From the NCBI GenBank assembly GCA_934754335.1, contig CAKVHY010000002.1, positions 40,761 through 104,760 of the forward strand: 64,000 nucleotides of DNA. Reading direction: 5' to 3'. Positions within the stretch are counted from its first letter, which is position 1; each line of letters opens with the position of its first letter. The DNA comes from an uncultured Clostridia bacterium (GTDB lineage: Bacteria > Bacillota > Clostridia > Christensenellales > UBA1242). The notes below the pieces were generated by a model. That model saw nothing but the letters and a program-made list of their open reading frames with translations. It was not told where the DNA came from and made no database searches. A program made the translations under genes and the position numbers. Positions 29,022 to 37,366 of the stretch are shown here, in pieces.

Positions 29022-30738
29022 ATTTTTAAGAAAGCAATCCTTTCTTTTTAGTGCGATTATATTGGCTGTTGGTGGAATACTAGCAAAGATTATTGGTGCA
29101 TTTTACAAAATTCCATTAACCAATATTTTAGGTGCTAACGGAATGGGCGTTTATTATTTAATCTTTCCAATATATTCGTTATTTTTGGTGATTTCAAGCA
29201 GTGGTATATCTATTGCTGTAACAAAACTTATTGCTAGCGAACGCAAACTTAGAAATAGGTCGAATGAGATAAAAATCTTTAATTCAGGGCTAATTTATTC
29301 GTTTTTGGTTAGTTTTGTGCTTGCATCTATTATCTTAATTTTTGCAAAAGATATTTCTATGTTGCAGGGCAATGAGAATGCTTATTTGGGCTATATGGTG
29401 ATTGCTCCAGCAATTATTTGTGCGTCAATTATTAGCATTCTTAGAGCCTATTTCCAAGGCGTGGAGAACTTTGTTCCAACAAGTTTATCCACAATTGCTG
29501 AACAGATAATAAAACTTATATTTGGATTGATTTTAAGTTTTAGGTTTCTTAATTTTGGAATTGAATATGCTGTGGTGGGTGCGGTACTGGGCGTTACGAT
29601 AAGTGAATTTTTTGCTATGATATTATTGCTTATTAATTTTTTTGTTTATAAGAAAAGAGAAAAAGCATATTTGATTTCGAATAGGAGTAAAAACAAATCC
29701 AAAAGTGTTTTTCTATTCTATAATCCAAAAGTATTTAAATCTAAAAATATAAAAAAGGCAAATGCTAAAAAGGGGAAATGGTTTGAATATAAGAAAAGTT
29801 TGGATCTAACGAAAAAACAAGCGTTTTTAAAGGTTTTGAAGTATAGTTTGCCTGCCACACTTTCTAGTTTTGTAATTCCAGCCACCACTTTTATAGATAG
29901 TTTCTTAGTAATCAATATTTTAGTAAATTCTGGATTTAGTAGTGCTATGAGCACTAGTTTATATGGTCTTACAACTGGCGTGGTTGGGAGTTTAATAAGT
30001 TTGCCGGTTCTTCTTGTTTCATCGCTTTCCACGGCAATTATTCCAAATCTATCAGGCACTTATGCCACAGAAGAAAAGAAGGTGGTGGAAGAAAGAGTTG
30101 CATTTTTTATAAAGATAACTTGGCTTTTAGCGTTGCCACTATTTGTTTTCTTTTTAATTTATTCAAATGAAATCGTTTCAGTGCTTTTTGGTGGTGGGCT
30201 ATCCATGAAGGGATTTGACGAACTGGCGTTTGCAAGTAAATTGATGATGCTGGGCAGTGCGGAGATTGTTTACTATGCATTTTTATTAACATTCATTGCG
30301 ATTTTACAGGCGATAAATAAGCCTGTTATTCCAATGATTTGCTTGCTTATTGGCTTGGTTGTTCGAACAATTTTGAGTTTTATACTAGTTTCAATCCCAA
30401 GCGTGAACGTGTTTGGAGTGATTATAACCAATATTGTTTTCCTAAGTTTAACAGCAATAAGTTGTTTGTTTGCTATTAAAAAATACATAAATTTTTATAT
30501 AAATAAAAAATCCTTCTTGGTTTATCCATTAATATCTGGGGTTACTTCAGCCATAGTGGCGTTAACGATTAAAGCGGTGCTTATGAACTTTATGTCCAAA
30601 CTTGCTTATTCAATAATTTCAGGCGGACTAGGTATTGTAACTTACTTAATATTAATACTTAATTTTGCAGTGTTCACTGAAAAAGAAATATCTTTGATGC
30701 CATTTCCTAAAAAAATTTTTAGAAGAATTGAAAGTTAG
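29014..30738 (+). CDS. MOP-superfamily flippase (YabM/SpoVB/MurJ-like polysaccharide biosynthesis protein)
   Basis: ~14 TM segments. N-terminus GGILAKIIGAFYKIPLTNILGANGMGVYY. Overlaps the spoVT stop by 8 nt (ATGATTAA). Position after spoVT matches B. subtilis yabM. Confidence 0.8.
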   Translation: MIKFLRKQSFLFSAIILAVGGILAKIIGAFYKIPLTNILGANGMGVYYLIFPIYSLFLVISSSGISIAVTKLIASERKLRNRSNEIKIFNSGLIYSFLVSFVLASIILIFAKDISMLQGNENAYLGYMVIAPAIICASIISILRAYFQGVENFVPTSLSTIAEQIIKLIFGLILSFRFLNFGIEYAVVGAVLGVTISEFFAMILLLINFFVYKKREKAYLISNRSKNKSKSVFLFYNPKVFKSKNIKKANAKKGKWFEYKKSLDLTKKQAFLKVLKYSLPATLSSFVIPATTFIDSFLVINILVNSGFSSAMSTSLYGLTTGVVGSLISLPVLLVSSLSTAIIPNLSGTYATEEKKVVEERVAFFIKITWLLALPLFVFFLIYSNEIVSVLFGGGLSMKGFDELAFASKLMMLGSAEIVYYAFLLTFIAILQAINKPVIPMICLLIGLVVRTILSFILVSIPSVNVFGVIITNIVFLSLTAISCLFAIKKYINFYINKKSFLVYPLISGVTSAIVALTIKAVLMNFMSKLAYSIISGGLGIVTYLILILNFAVFTEKEISLMPFPKKIFRRIES

Positions 30739-30785
30739 AGTATAAATTTATGTTTTAGGTCAAAAATCTTTGCAAGGAGAAAATT

Positions 30786-31061
30786 ATGAATAAAACAGAA
30801 TTTATAAAAAAGTTATCTAAAAAAAGCAAATTAAGTTTAAAAGAATGTAAAAATTGTTTGGAAGTTATGTCATCAATTATTAGTGACACATTGAAAAGTG
30901 GTGATAACATTTCATTAATAGGATTTGGAAAATTTGAAGCAAAAAAGCGTAGTGCAAGAAAATTCTTTAATCCTAAAACTTTGAAATCTATCACAATGCC
31001 GGAAACCATTGTGCCAACTTTCAAGGCTGGTAAAAATCTTAAAGATGCAATGTATATGTAA
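30786..31061 (+). CDS. HU/IHF-family DNA-binding protein, divergent copy
   Basis: MNKTEFIKKLS...GFGKFEAKKRSARKFFNPKTLKSITMPETIVPTFKAGKNLKD. The GRNPxTGE arm motif is degenerate (FFNPKTLK) but the arm Pro is kept. Confidence 0.8.
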   Translation: MNKTEFIKKLSKKSKLSLKECKNCLEVMSSIISDTLKSGDNISLIGFGKFEAKKRSARKFFNPKTLKSITMPETIVPTFKAGKNLKDAMYM

Positions 31062-31160
31062 AAATAATTATACTAAATGCGAAAGTTTTCATAAAAATCG
31101 TTAAAATGGCTTAAATTGGGCTGTTTTGATGATTTTTTTTATAAATCTTTTAAAATTTGT

Positions 31161-31189
31161 TTGGAATTTCATACATTTTTTGTTATAAT
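31161..31189 (+). promoter_or_regulatory. Candidate promoter of hup (TTGGAA-17-TATAAT)
   Basis: TTGGAA 31161-31166, TATAAT 31184-31189. Confidence 0.5.
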
Positions 31190-31216
31190 TTAGTATCTTA
31201 AAAAGGAGAATGAATT

Positions 31217-31495
31217 ATGAATAAAAATGATTTGGTTAAACTAATCGCAGAAAAAACTGATTTAACTCAAAAAGATGTTACGTTGGTTATCGATGCATTT
31301 ATTGAAGAATCCACAAATGCATTAAGAGCAGGTAAAGAAGTTGCTGTGGCTGGTTTCGGTAAATTCGTAGTTAGAAAGAGAGCCGCTAGAGAAAGTATTA
31401 ACCCTAGAACTAAAGAGGTTGTTAAAGTTCCTGCAAGTTTGGCTCCTGCATTCAAACCAGGTAAAGCATTAAAAGATGCAGTAAACAAAAAATAG
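31217..31495 (+). CDS. hup: DNA-binding protein HU
   Basis: MNKNDLVKLIAEKT...GFGKFVVRKRAARESINPRTKEVVKVPASLAPAFKPGKALKDAV. TTGGAA-17-TATAAT promoter and a strong terminator. Confidence 0.92.
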   Translation: MNKNDLVKLIAEKTDLTQKDVTLVIDAFIEESTNALRAGKEVAVAGFGKFVVRKRAARESINPRTKEVVKVPASLAPAFKPGKALKDAVNKK

Positions 31496-31503
31496 CATAT
31501 TTA

Positions 31504-31547
31504 AGAAAAACATATAAAGCAATTTATATGTTTTTTCTTTTTTTATC
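31504..31547 (+). terminator. Rho-independent terminator after hup
   Basis: AAAAACATATAAA-GCAA-TTTATATGTTTTT then a T-run. Confidence 0.8.
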
Positions 31548-31582
31548 TTTATCTTTTCATGAAATTATGATATCATAGGCAT

Positions 31583-32515
31583 ATGATGATTGGTAATATA
31601 GAATTGAAAAACAATTTAATACTTGCGCCAATGGCGGGGGTTAGTGACGTTGGCTTTAGGTCTTTATGCGTGGAAGCGGGAGCAGATTTTGCGGAAACCG
31701 AAATGGTTAGTGCAAAGGCATTAATGTATAATAATGAGAAAACGTTGGATTTATTAAATACTGCTGAAAATGAGAAGATTAAGGTGGTGCAATTGTTTGG
31801 CCATGAACCTGAAGTTTTTGCAGAAGCGGTTAAACATAAAGCACTTGAAAAGTTTGATATTATAGATATAAATATGGGTTGTCCAGCACCAAAAATTGTT
31901 TCAAATGGTGATGGCTCGGCATTGATGAAAGATATTGATTTGAGCGAAAGAATTATAAGAGCGTGTGTTCAAAATTCAAAAGTTCCTATTATTGTAAAGT
32001 TTAGAATGGGTTGGGATTTAAACCATGTAAATGCAATAGAGTTTGCCAAAATGTGCGAAAGAGCAGGTGCTAGTGCTATCACAATTCATGGCAGAGTTCG
32101 AGAACAATTCTTTAGTGGAAATGTGGATTTAAAGATAATAAAAGATGTGAAAAATGCGGTTAGAATTCCAGTAATTGCTAATGGTGATGTTTTCGATAAA
32201 GCATCATATTTAAGGTTGTTGAAAACTGGTTGTGATGCGGTTATGATTGGCAGAGGAGCGATGGGCAATCCGCAAATTTTCAGCGATATTTTAGGAGTAA
32301 AAAGAAAGTATTCAACCTTGGAATGCATAGAAAAACATATTGAAATTTTAAGAAAGTTCTATCCTGAAAACTTAATAGCAAAAGAGATGAAAAAGCATCT
32401 TTTGTGGTACTTAAAAGGTGAGAGAAATGTGAAGGCGGTAAAGCAAAAATTAGTTTTGCTAGATAACTTAGAAGATATGTTAAATTGTTTAAAAATGGAA
32501 GTTTTTGTTGGATAA
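31583..32515 (+). CDS. dusB: tRNA-dihydrouridine synthase
   Basis: LAPMAGVSD, INMGCPAPK, TIHGR. 310 aa. Confidence 0.88.
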   Translation: MMIGNIELKNNLILAPMAGVSDVGFRSLCVEAGADFAETEMVSAKALMYNNEKTLDLLNTAENEKIKVVQLFGHEPEVFAEAVKHKALEKFDIIDINMGCPAPKIVSNGDGSALMKDIDLSERIIRACVQNSKVPIIVKFRMGWDLNHVNAIEFAKMCERAGASAITIHGRVREQFFSGNVDLKIIKDVKNAVRIPVIANGDVFDKASYLRLLKTGCDAVMIGRGAMGNPQIFSDILGVKRKYSTLECIEKHIEILRKFYPENLIAKEMKKHLLWYLKGERNVKAVKQKLVLLDNLEDMLNCLKMEVFVG

Positions 32516-32621
32516 AAATTCAATATTTAGGCATATTTATTTTGTAAAATTTTTAACTTAATATATAATATAATTGTATAAAAATATATTATACAGTTAT
32601 TTTTTTAAAAGGGAATTTATT

Positions 32622-33803
32622 ATGGAAAAGAAAACACTAAAAGATATTGATGTTTATGAGAAAAAAGTTTTAATTAGAGTGGACTTCAATGTGCCAATAG
32701 TTGATGGAAAAATCACTGATGATAATAGAATAAAAGAAGCGTTGCCAACAATTAATTATGTTTTAGAAAATGGTGGTGCGGTTATTTTAATGAGTCATTT
32801 GGGCAGACCTGATGGAAAAGTGGTTGAAAAATACTCTTTAAAACCAGTTGCTGTTAGGCTTGAAGAACTACTAAAAAAGCCTGTAATTATGGCAAAAGAC
32901 GTTGTTGGAACTGACGCAAAATCTAAGGCTAAAAAGTTAAAAGCGGGCGAAATTTTGCTTTTAGAAAACCTAAGATTTGAAGCGGGCGAAGAAGAAAACG
33001 ATAAAGAATTTTGTGAAAAATTGGCTAAATTAGGCGATATTTACGTAAACGATGCGTTTGGAACAGCACATAGAAAGCATGCTTCCACTTATGGCGTGGC
33101 GAAACTAATGCCAAGTGCGATAGGGTTTTTAATTGAGAAAGAATTAAGAATAATTTGTGGTGCTATTAATGATCCTAAAAGACCATTGGTTGGTATTTTA
33201 GGTGGTGCAAAAATTAGTGATAAAATTTCAATTGTGGATAAACTTTTAGATGTTTGTGATACGCTTATTATTGGTGGTGGAATGGCATACACTTTCCAAA
33301 AAGCGTTGGGTTATAATATTGGCGAATCTTTGCTTGATGAAACAAAGATTGAAGATTGTAAAAATATGCTTGAAAAGGCTAAGAAAAATAACGTTGATTT
33401 GTTGTTGCCAGTGGATTATATTGAAAGTAAAGCCATTAACGACACAACAAATGCAAAGTTAACTAAAACTCAAAATATTGATGATGGTTTTATGGGTGTT
33501 GATATTGGCAAGAAAACAATTAAAATGTTTGTAAAAGCCATAAAGAAAGCCAAAACTGTTATTTGGAATGGACCAATGGGTGTGTTTGAAGAGCCTAAAT
33601 TTGCTGTTGGAACATATAAGGTGGCAAAAGCACTTACTAAGGTTAAAGGTACAACTATAATTGGTGGCGGAGATAGCGGTTCTGCGGTTATAAACATGGG
33701 GCTTAGCCATAAGATTACTCATATTTCAACTGGTGGTGGAGCAAGCCTTAAATTGTTTGAAGGTAAGATTTTGCCGGGCGTTGATGTTATAGAAAATAAA
33801 TAA
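32622..33803 (+). CDS. pgk: Phosphoglycerate kinase
   Basis: VLIRVDFNVP, SHLGRP, AFGTAHR, GGGDS, STGGGASL. The listed TTG 32574 adds 16 non-homologous residues; ATG 32622 gives the canonical N-terminus. Confidence 0.95.
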   Translation: MEKKTLKDIDVYEKKVLIRVDFNVPIVDGKITDDNRIKEALPTINYVLENGGAVILMSHLGRPDGKVVEKYSLKPVAVRLEELLKKPVIMAKDVVGTDAKSKAKKLKAGEILLLENLRFEAGEEENDKEFCEKLAKLGDIYVNDAFGTAHRKHASTYGVAKLMPSAIGFLIEKELRIICGAINDPKRPLVGILGGAKISDKISIVDKLLDVCDTLIIGGGMAYTFQKALGYNIGESLLDETKIEDCKNMLEKAKKNNVDLLLPVDYIESKAINDTTNAKLTKTQNIDDGFMGVDIGKKTIKMFVKAIKKAKTVIWNGPMGVFEEPKFAVGTYKVAKALTKVKGTTIIGGGDSGSAVINMGLSHKITHISTGGGASLKLFEGKILPGVDVIENK

Positions 33804-33815
33804 AGGAACTTTTAA

Positions 33816-34568
33816 ATGAAAACGAAATATTTGATTGGTAACATGAAAATGAATATGAATAAGGAAAAACTTATTCCATATTTTGAAGATTTGAGAAAGG
33901 TTGCAGAAAACTCAAATAATGTGGTTGGCGTTTGTGTGCCGGCAGTATATTTGTACTTGGCTGAAAAGTGCTTGAAAGGTGGCAAGGTTTGGTATGGTAC
34001 TGAAAACTTTTATTATAAAGATAATGGTGCTTACACTGGCGAGATTAGTGCAGATATGCTGAATGATTTTAATGCGAAGATGGTGATTGTTGGGCATAGT
34101 GAAAGAAGAACTATTTTTAGTGAAAGCGATGAAGAAATAAATCTTAAGGCTTTAAAAGCATTGAAGAGTGGAATTAAACCAATAATTTGTTTTGGCGAAA
34201 ACCTAGATGAAAGAAATAGACATTTAGAGAAGTTGGTTGTTGAAACTCAAATTTTAGAAGCAATTACGAATATGGAAGCGGAAGATATCAAAAATTGTAT
34301 TTTTGCTTACGAGCCAGTTTGGGCAATTGGAACAGGCGTTACTGCCACAAGCGACCAAGCAGAAGAAATCATATCTTTTGCAAAAGAATTGATTGCAAAG
34401 AATTATGGCTTAAAACATGAAGATATTGTGATGCTTTATGGCGGAAGCATGAAACCGGCAAATGCAAAGGAACTACTTGAAAAACCTTCTATAGATGGCG
34501 GACTAATTGGTGGTGCTTGCTTAAAGGTGGAAGATTTTAAAGGTATTATTGATATAGAGATTGAATAA
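33816..34568 (+). CDS. tpiA: Triose-phosphate isomerase
   Basis: GNMKMN, VGHSERR, AYEPVWAIGTG, GGASLK-like GGACLK. Confidence 0.95.
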   Translation: MKTKYLIGNMKMNMNKEKLIPYFEDLRKVAENSNNVVGVCVPAVYLYLAEKCLKGGKVWYGTENFYYKDNGAYTGEISADMLNDFNAKMVIVGHSERRTIFSESDEEINLKALKALKSGIKPIICFGENLDERNRHLEKLVVETQILEAITNMEAEDIKNCIFAYEPVWAIGTGVTATSDQAEEIISFAKELIAKNYGLKHEDIVMLYGGSMKPANAKELLEKPSIDGGLIGGACLKVEDFKGIIDIEIE

Positions 34569-34578
34569 AGGAACTTAA

Positions 34579-36111
34579 ATGAAAGCAAATAAATTTACAG
34601 CGTTAATTATAATGGACGGATTTGGTTATCCGGTTGATATAAATCGAAGTGCAATTTTAAATGAGAATACAACTCATTTAAGAGCACTTGCAAATGTTTA
34701 TCCTGCAGTTAAGATTGGAGCAAGCGAAGAATATGTTGGTTTGCCACAAGGACAAGCAGGTACTAGCGAAGTTGGGCATCTTACTATCGGAACAGGTAGG
34801 GTTATTTTGCAACCACTATCTAAAATTGATAGAGAGATTAAAACTGAGAATTTTTATAAGAACCAAGTTTTATTAAATGCTATGCAAAATGCAAAAATTG
34901 GCGATAATGCGTTGCATTTGCTTGGAATGCCAAGTGATGGCGGTATTCATAGCCATATTAATCATTTGTTTGCACTATTAAAAATGGCAAAAGAAAATGA
35001 CGTTAAAAAAGTTTACGTTCATTTCATAACAGATGGAAGAGATACTCCGCCAAAAAGTGCTGAAACTTATGTAAAACAACTTGAAGATTATATGAAAGAA
35101 CTTGGCGTTGGTAAAATTGTTACAGTTATGGGAAGATTCTATGCTTTAGATAGAGATAAAAACTGGGATAGAGTTCATCTTGCATATGACGCAATGGTTC
35201 GTGGAGTTGGTCAAACAGCAAAGTCTGCAAGCGAAGCAGTAAAGAATGCGTATAAGAGAAACGAAACTGACGAGTTTATTTTGCCAACCATTATTGAAAC
35301 AGAAGAAAATGTTAAGATAAAAACAGGCGATAGCGTTATCTCATATAACTTTAGAGCAGATAGAGAAAGACAATTGGCTTATGTGTTTGATCCTGCAAAC
35401 ACTTTGGATTACACAGATAAAACTTTAAGAACTCATTTCGTTTGTATGATGGAATATGATGAGAATTTAAAAAATTGTTATATCGCTTATCCAAAGGAAG
35501 AGATAAAGAATTTGCTTTGTGAAGTGCTTTCAGAAAGGGGTTATAAGCAAATAAAACTTGCTGAAACCGAGAAGTTTGCACATTTAACATTCTTCTTTAA
35601 TAATGGTAGATTAGAACCATATCCTAATGAAGATAGAGAACTTATAAATAGTGAGAAAATGAAATCGTATGCACCAAAGCCAGAAATGGGTGCTTATGAT
35701 ATAACTAAAAAAGCATTAGAAGCAATTGATTCTGATGAATATGATGTTATGATGATTAACTTTGCAAACTGCGATATGGTTGGGCATTCTGGTGATATGG
35801 AAGCGGCAAAAAAGGCTGTGGCTGTGGTTGATGAATGCGTGGATAAAGTGGTTGAAGCAATTTTGAAGAAGGGTGGAAGGTGTATGATTATTGCCGACCA
35901 TGGTAATGCAGATATAATGAAATATCCTGATGGTAGTCCACACACTGCACATACAACAAACTTAGTTCCTTGCATAATTGTTGATGACGATTTGAAAGGT
36001 GTTGTGCTTAGAAAGAACGGAAGTTTGGCAGATGTTGCTCCAACAATCTTGGATTTATTAAATGAAGAAATTCCTAAAGAAATGGAAGGAAAATCATTGT
36101 TAATAAATTAA
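34579..36111 (+). CDS. gpmI: 2,3-bisphosphoglycerate-independent phosphoglycerate mutase
   Basis: IIMDGFG, TSEVGHLTIGTGR, SDGGIHSH, NFANCDMVGHSG, ADHGNA. Confidence 0.95.
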   Translation: MKANKFTALIIMDGFGYPVDINRSAILNENTTHLRALANVYPAVKIGASEEYVGLPQGQAGTSEVGHLTIGTGRVILQPLSKIDREIKTENFYKNQVLLNAMQNAKIGDNALHLLGMPSDGGIHSHINHLFALLKMAKENDVKKVYVHFITDGRDTPPKSAETYVKQLEDYMKELGVGKIVTVMGRFYALDRDKNWDRVHLAYDAMVRGVGQTAKSASEAVKNAYKRNETDEFILPTIIETEENVKIKTGDSVISYNFRADRERQLAYVFDPANTLDYTDKTLRTHFVCMMEYDENLKNCYIAYPKEEIKNLLCEVLSERGYKQIKLAETEKFAHLTFFFNNGRLEPYPNEDRELINSEKMKSYAPKPEMGAYDITKKALEAIDSDEYDVMMINFANCDMVGHSGDMEAAKKAVAVVDECVDKVVEAILKKGGRCMIIADHGNADIMKYPDGSPHTAHTTNLVPCIIVDDDLKGVVLRKNGSLADVAPTILDLLNEEIPKEMEGKSLLIN

Positions 36112-36128
36112 ACTTTAAGGATTAAATT

Positions 36129-36353
36129 ATGAGAAATTTAGGCATGATTAGATTTTTAAATGGCATCTTAGAATTTTTTAATTTAGATAACCCATCAAAA
36201 GGAACAGTTGTTTTGCTCCTTTTGTTGGTTGATGCCTTTGCGTTCGTGTTCTCTCTAATGGGAAAATCTAAGGACGCAACGGTTACGTCTTGGCCATTAT
36301 TTTGGTTTAGTATTGCATTACTATTTTTCATAGTTTGGTACTCAACAAATTAA
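36129..36353 (+). CDS. Small two-TM membrane protein (74 aa), unknown function
   Basis: Sits tightly between gpmI and deoC (17 and 12 nt gaps). Two hydrophobic helices flank GKSKDATVTS. Weak SD (TAAGGA). Confidence 0.5.
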   Translation: MRNLGMIRFLNGILEFFNLDNPSKGTVVLLLLLVDAFAFVFSLMGKSKDATVTSWPLFWFSIALLFFIVWYSTN

Positions 36354-36365
36354 AAGGATTTAAAA

Positions 36366-37025
36366 ATGACAAAAGAACAATTAGCAAAACATATAGAGCA
36401 AACTCTATTAAAACCTGAAGCAACCTATTCAGATATTGAAAAACTTTGTGATGAAGCCATGAAATATAATTTCTATGGCGTTTGTGTTGCTCCAAAATAT
36501 GTGGAATTTGTAAAAGAAAAATTGGCAAGTACGGATATAAAAGTTATTTCCGTTGTGGGATTTCCGCTTGGAACAAGCATGCCAGAAGTTAAAAGCCTAG
36601 AAGCAATGCTTTTGCAACAGGCTGGTGCGGACGAAATCGATATGGTTTTAAATTATTCAGCATTAATTGAAGGCGATTTGGAAAGAACTTATAACGAAAT
36701 TATGCAAGTGGTACACGATGTTAAAATCCCAGTTAAGGTTATTTTAGAAACTAGTAAACTTACAAACGAGCAAATTGTTTCTGCTTGCGAACTTTGTGTT
36801 CAGGCAGGTGCTAAGTTTGTTAAAACCAGTACTGGATTTATGGGTGGCGCAACGAAGGAAGCAGTGGAAGTGATGAGTTCTGCTGTGGCTGGAAGAATTA
36901 AGATTAAAGCAAGCGGTGGAATAAGAGATTTAAATACCGCTCTTATGTATATCTCAGCAGGTGCGGATAGAATTGGAACAAGTTCTGGTGCTAAGATTAT
37001 TGATGAATTTAAAAACGAAAAATAG
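36366..37025 (+). CDS. deoC: Deoxyribose-phosphate aldolase
   Basis: IEQTLLKPEAT, GVCVAPKYV, EIDMV, VKVILET, FVKTSTGF (Schiff-base Lys). Terminator follows. Confidence 0.92.
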   Translation: MTKEQLAKHIEQTLLKPEATYSDIEKLCDEAMKYNFYGVCVAPKYVEFVKEKLASTDIKVISVVGFPLGTSMPEVKSLEAMLLQQAGADEIDMVLNYSALIEGDLERTYNEIMQVVHDVKIPVKVILETSKLTNEQIVSACELCVQAGAKFVKTSTGFMGGATKEAVEVMSSAVAGRIKIKASGGIRDLNTALMYISAGADRIGTSSGAKIIDEFKNEK

Positions 37026-37042
37026 AAAATGAATTTTCAAAA

Positions 37043-37066
37043 GTTAGGGGAAACCCTAATTTTTTT
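37043..37066 (+). terminator. Rho-independent terminator after deoC
   Basis: TTAGGG-GAAA-CCCTAA then T7. Confidence 0.75.
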
Positions 37067-37287
37067 GTCCGGTTCATTAATTGTGGATAGGTTTGAAATG
37101 TAAAAACTAGCAATAATTGATTAATTTTATAAAAAAATTACAACTTTTTTAAAAAAAATTGAAAAAGATATTTTATCTCTAAAGGCGTTTATGTTGTTTT
37201 ATCACTGTTATATTATAATTGTAATCCCGATCAGATTTGACGCTTTATAAAAAAATTTATGTATTTATAAAATAGAGTAATAATCGT

Positions 37288-37317
37288 TTGCGTAAAAGTA
37301 CTAAGAGATGGTATAAT
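37288..37317 (+). promoter_or_regulatory. Candidate promoter of BspA paralog 1 (TTGCGT-18-TGgTATAAT)
   Basis: The -10 context ATGGTATAATAAATTAAGG is homologous to ATGATATAATAAATTTAGA upstream of paralog 2. Confidence 0.45.
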
Positions 37318-37366
37318 AAATTAAGGTTGAATTTTCAATTTTAATATATAAAAAGGTGAAATAATA

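Noticed and set aside
36129-36353. The small membrane protein after gpmI read as SecG, which often follows the glycolytic operon in Firmicutes.
   Set aside because: It lacks the Gly-rich LLQ..K..GL.G loop and has a 25-aa N-terminal extension. The positional argument alone is insufficient, so it is left as hypothetical.
37082-37090. TGTGGATAG, one mismatch from a DnaA box.
   Set aside because: It is a single isolated copy, with no cluster, no dnaA/dnaN context and no AT-rich unwinding element pattern.
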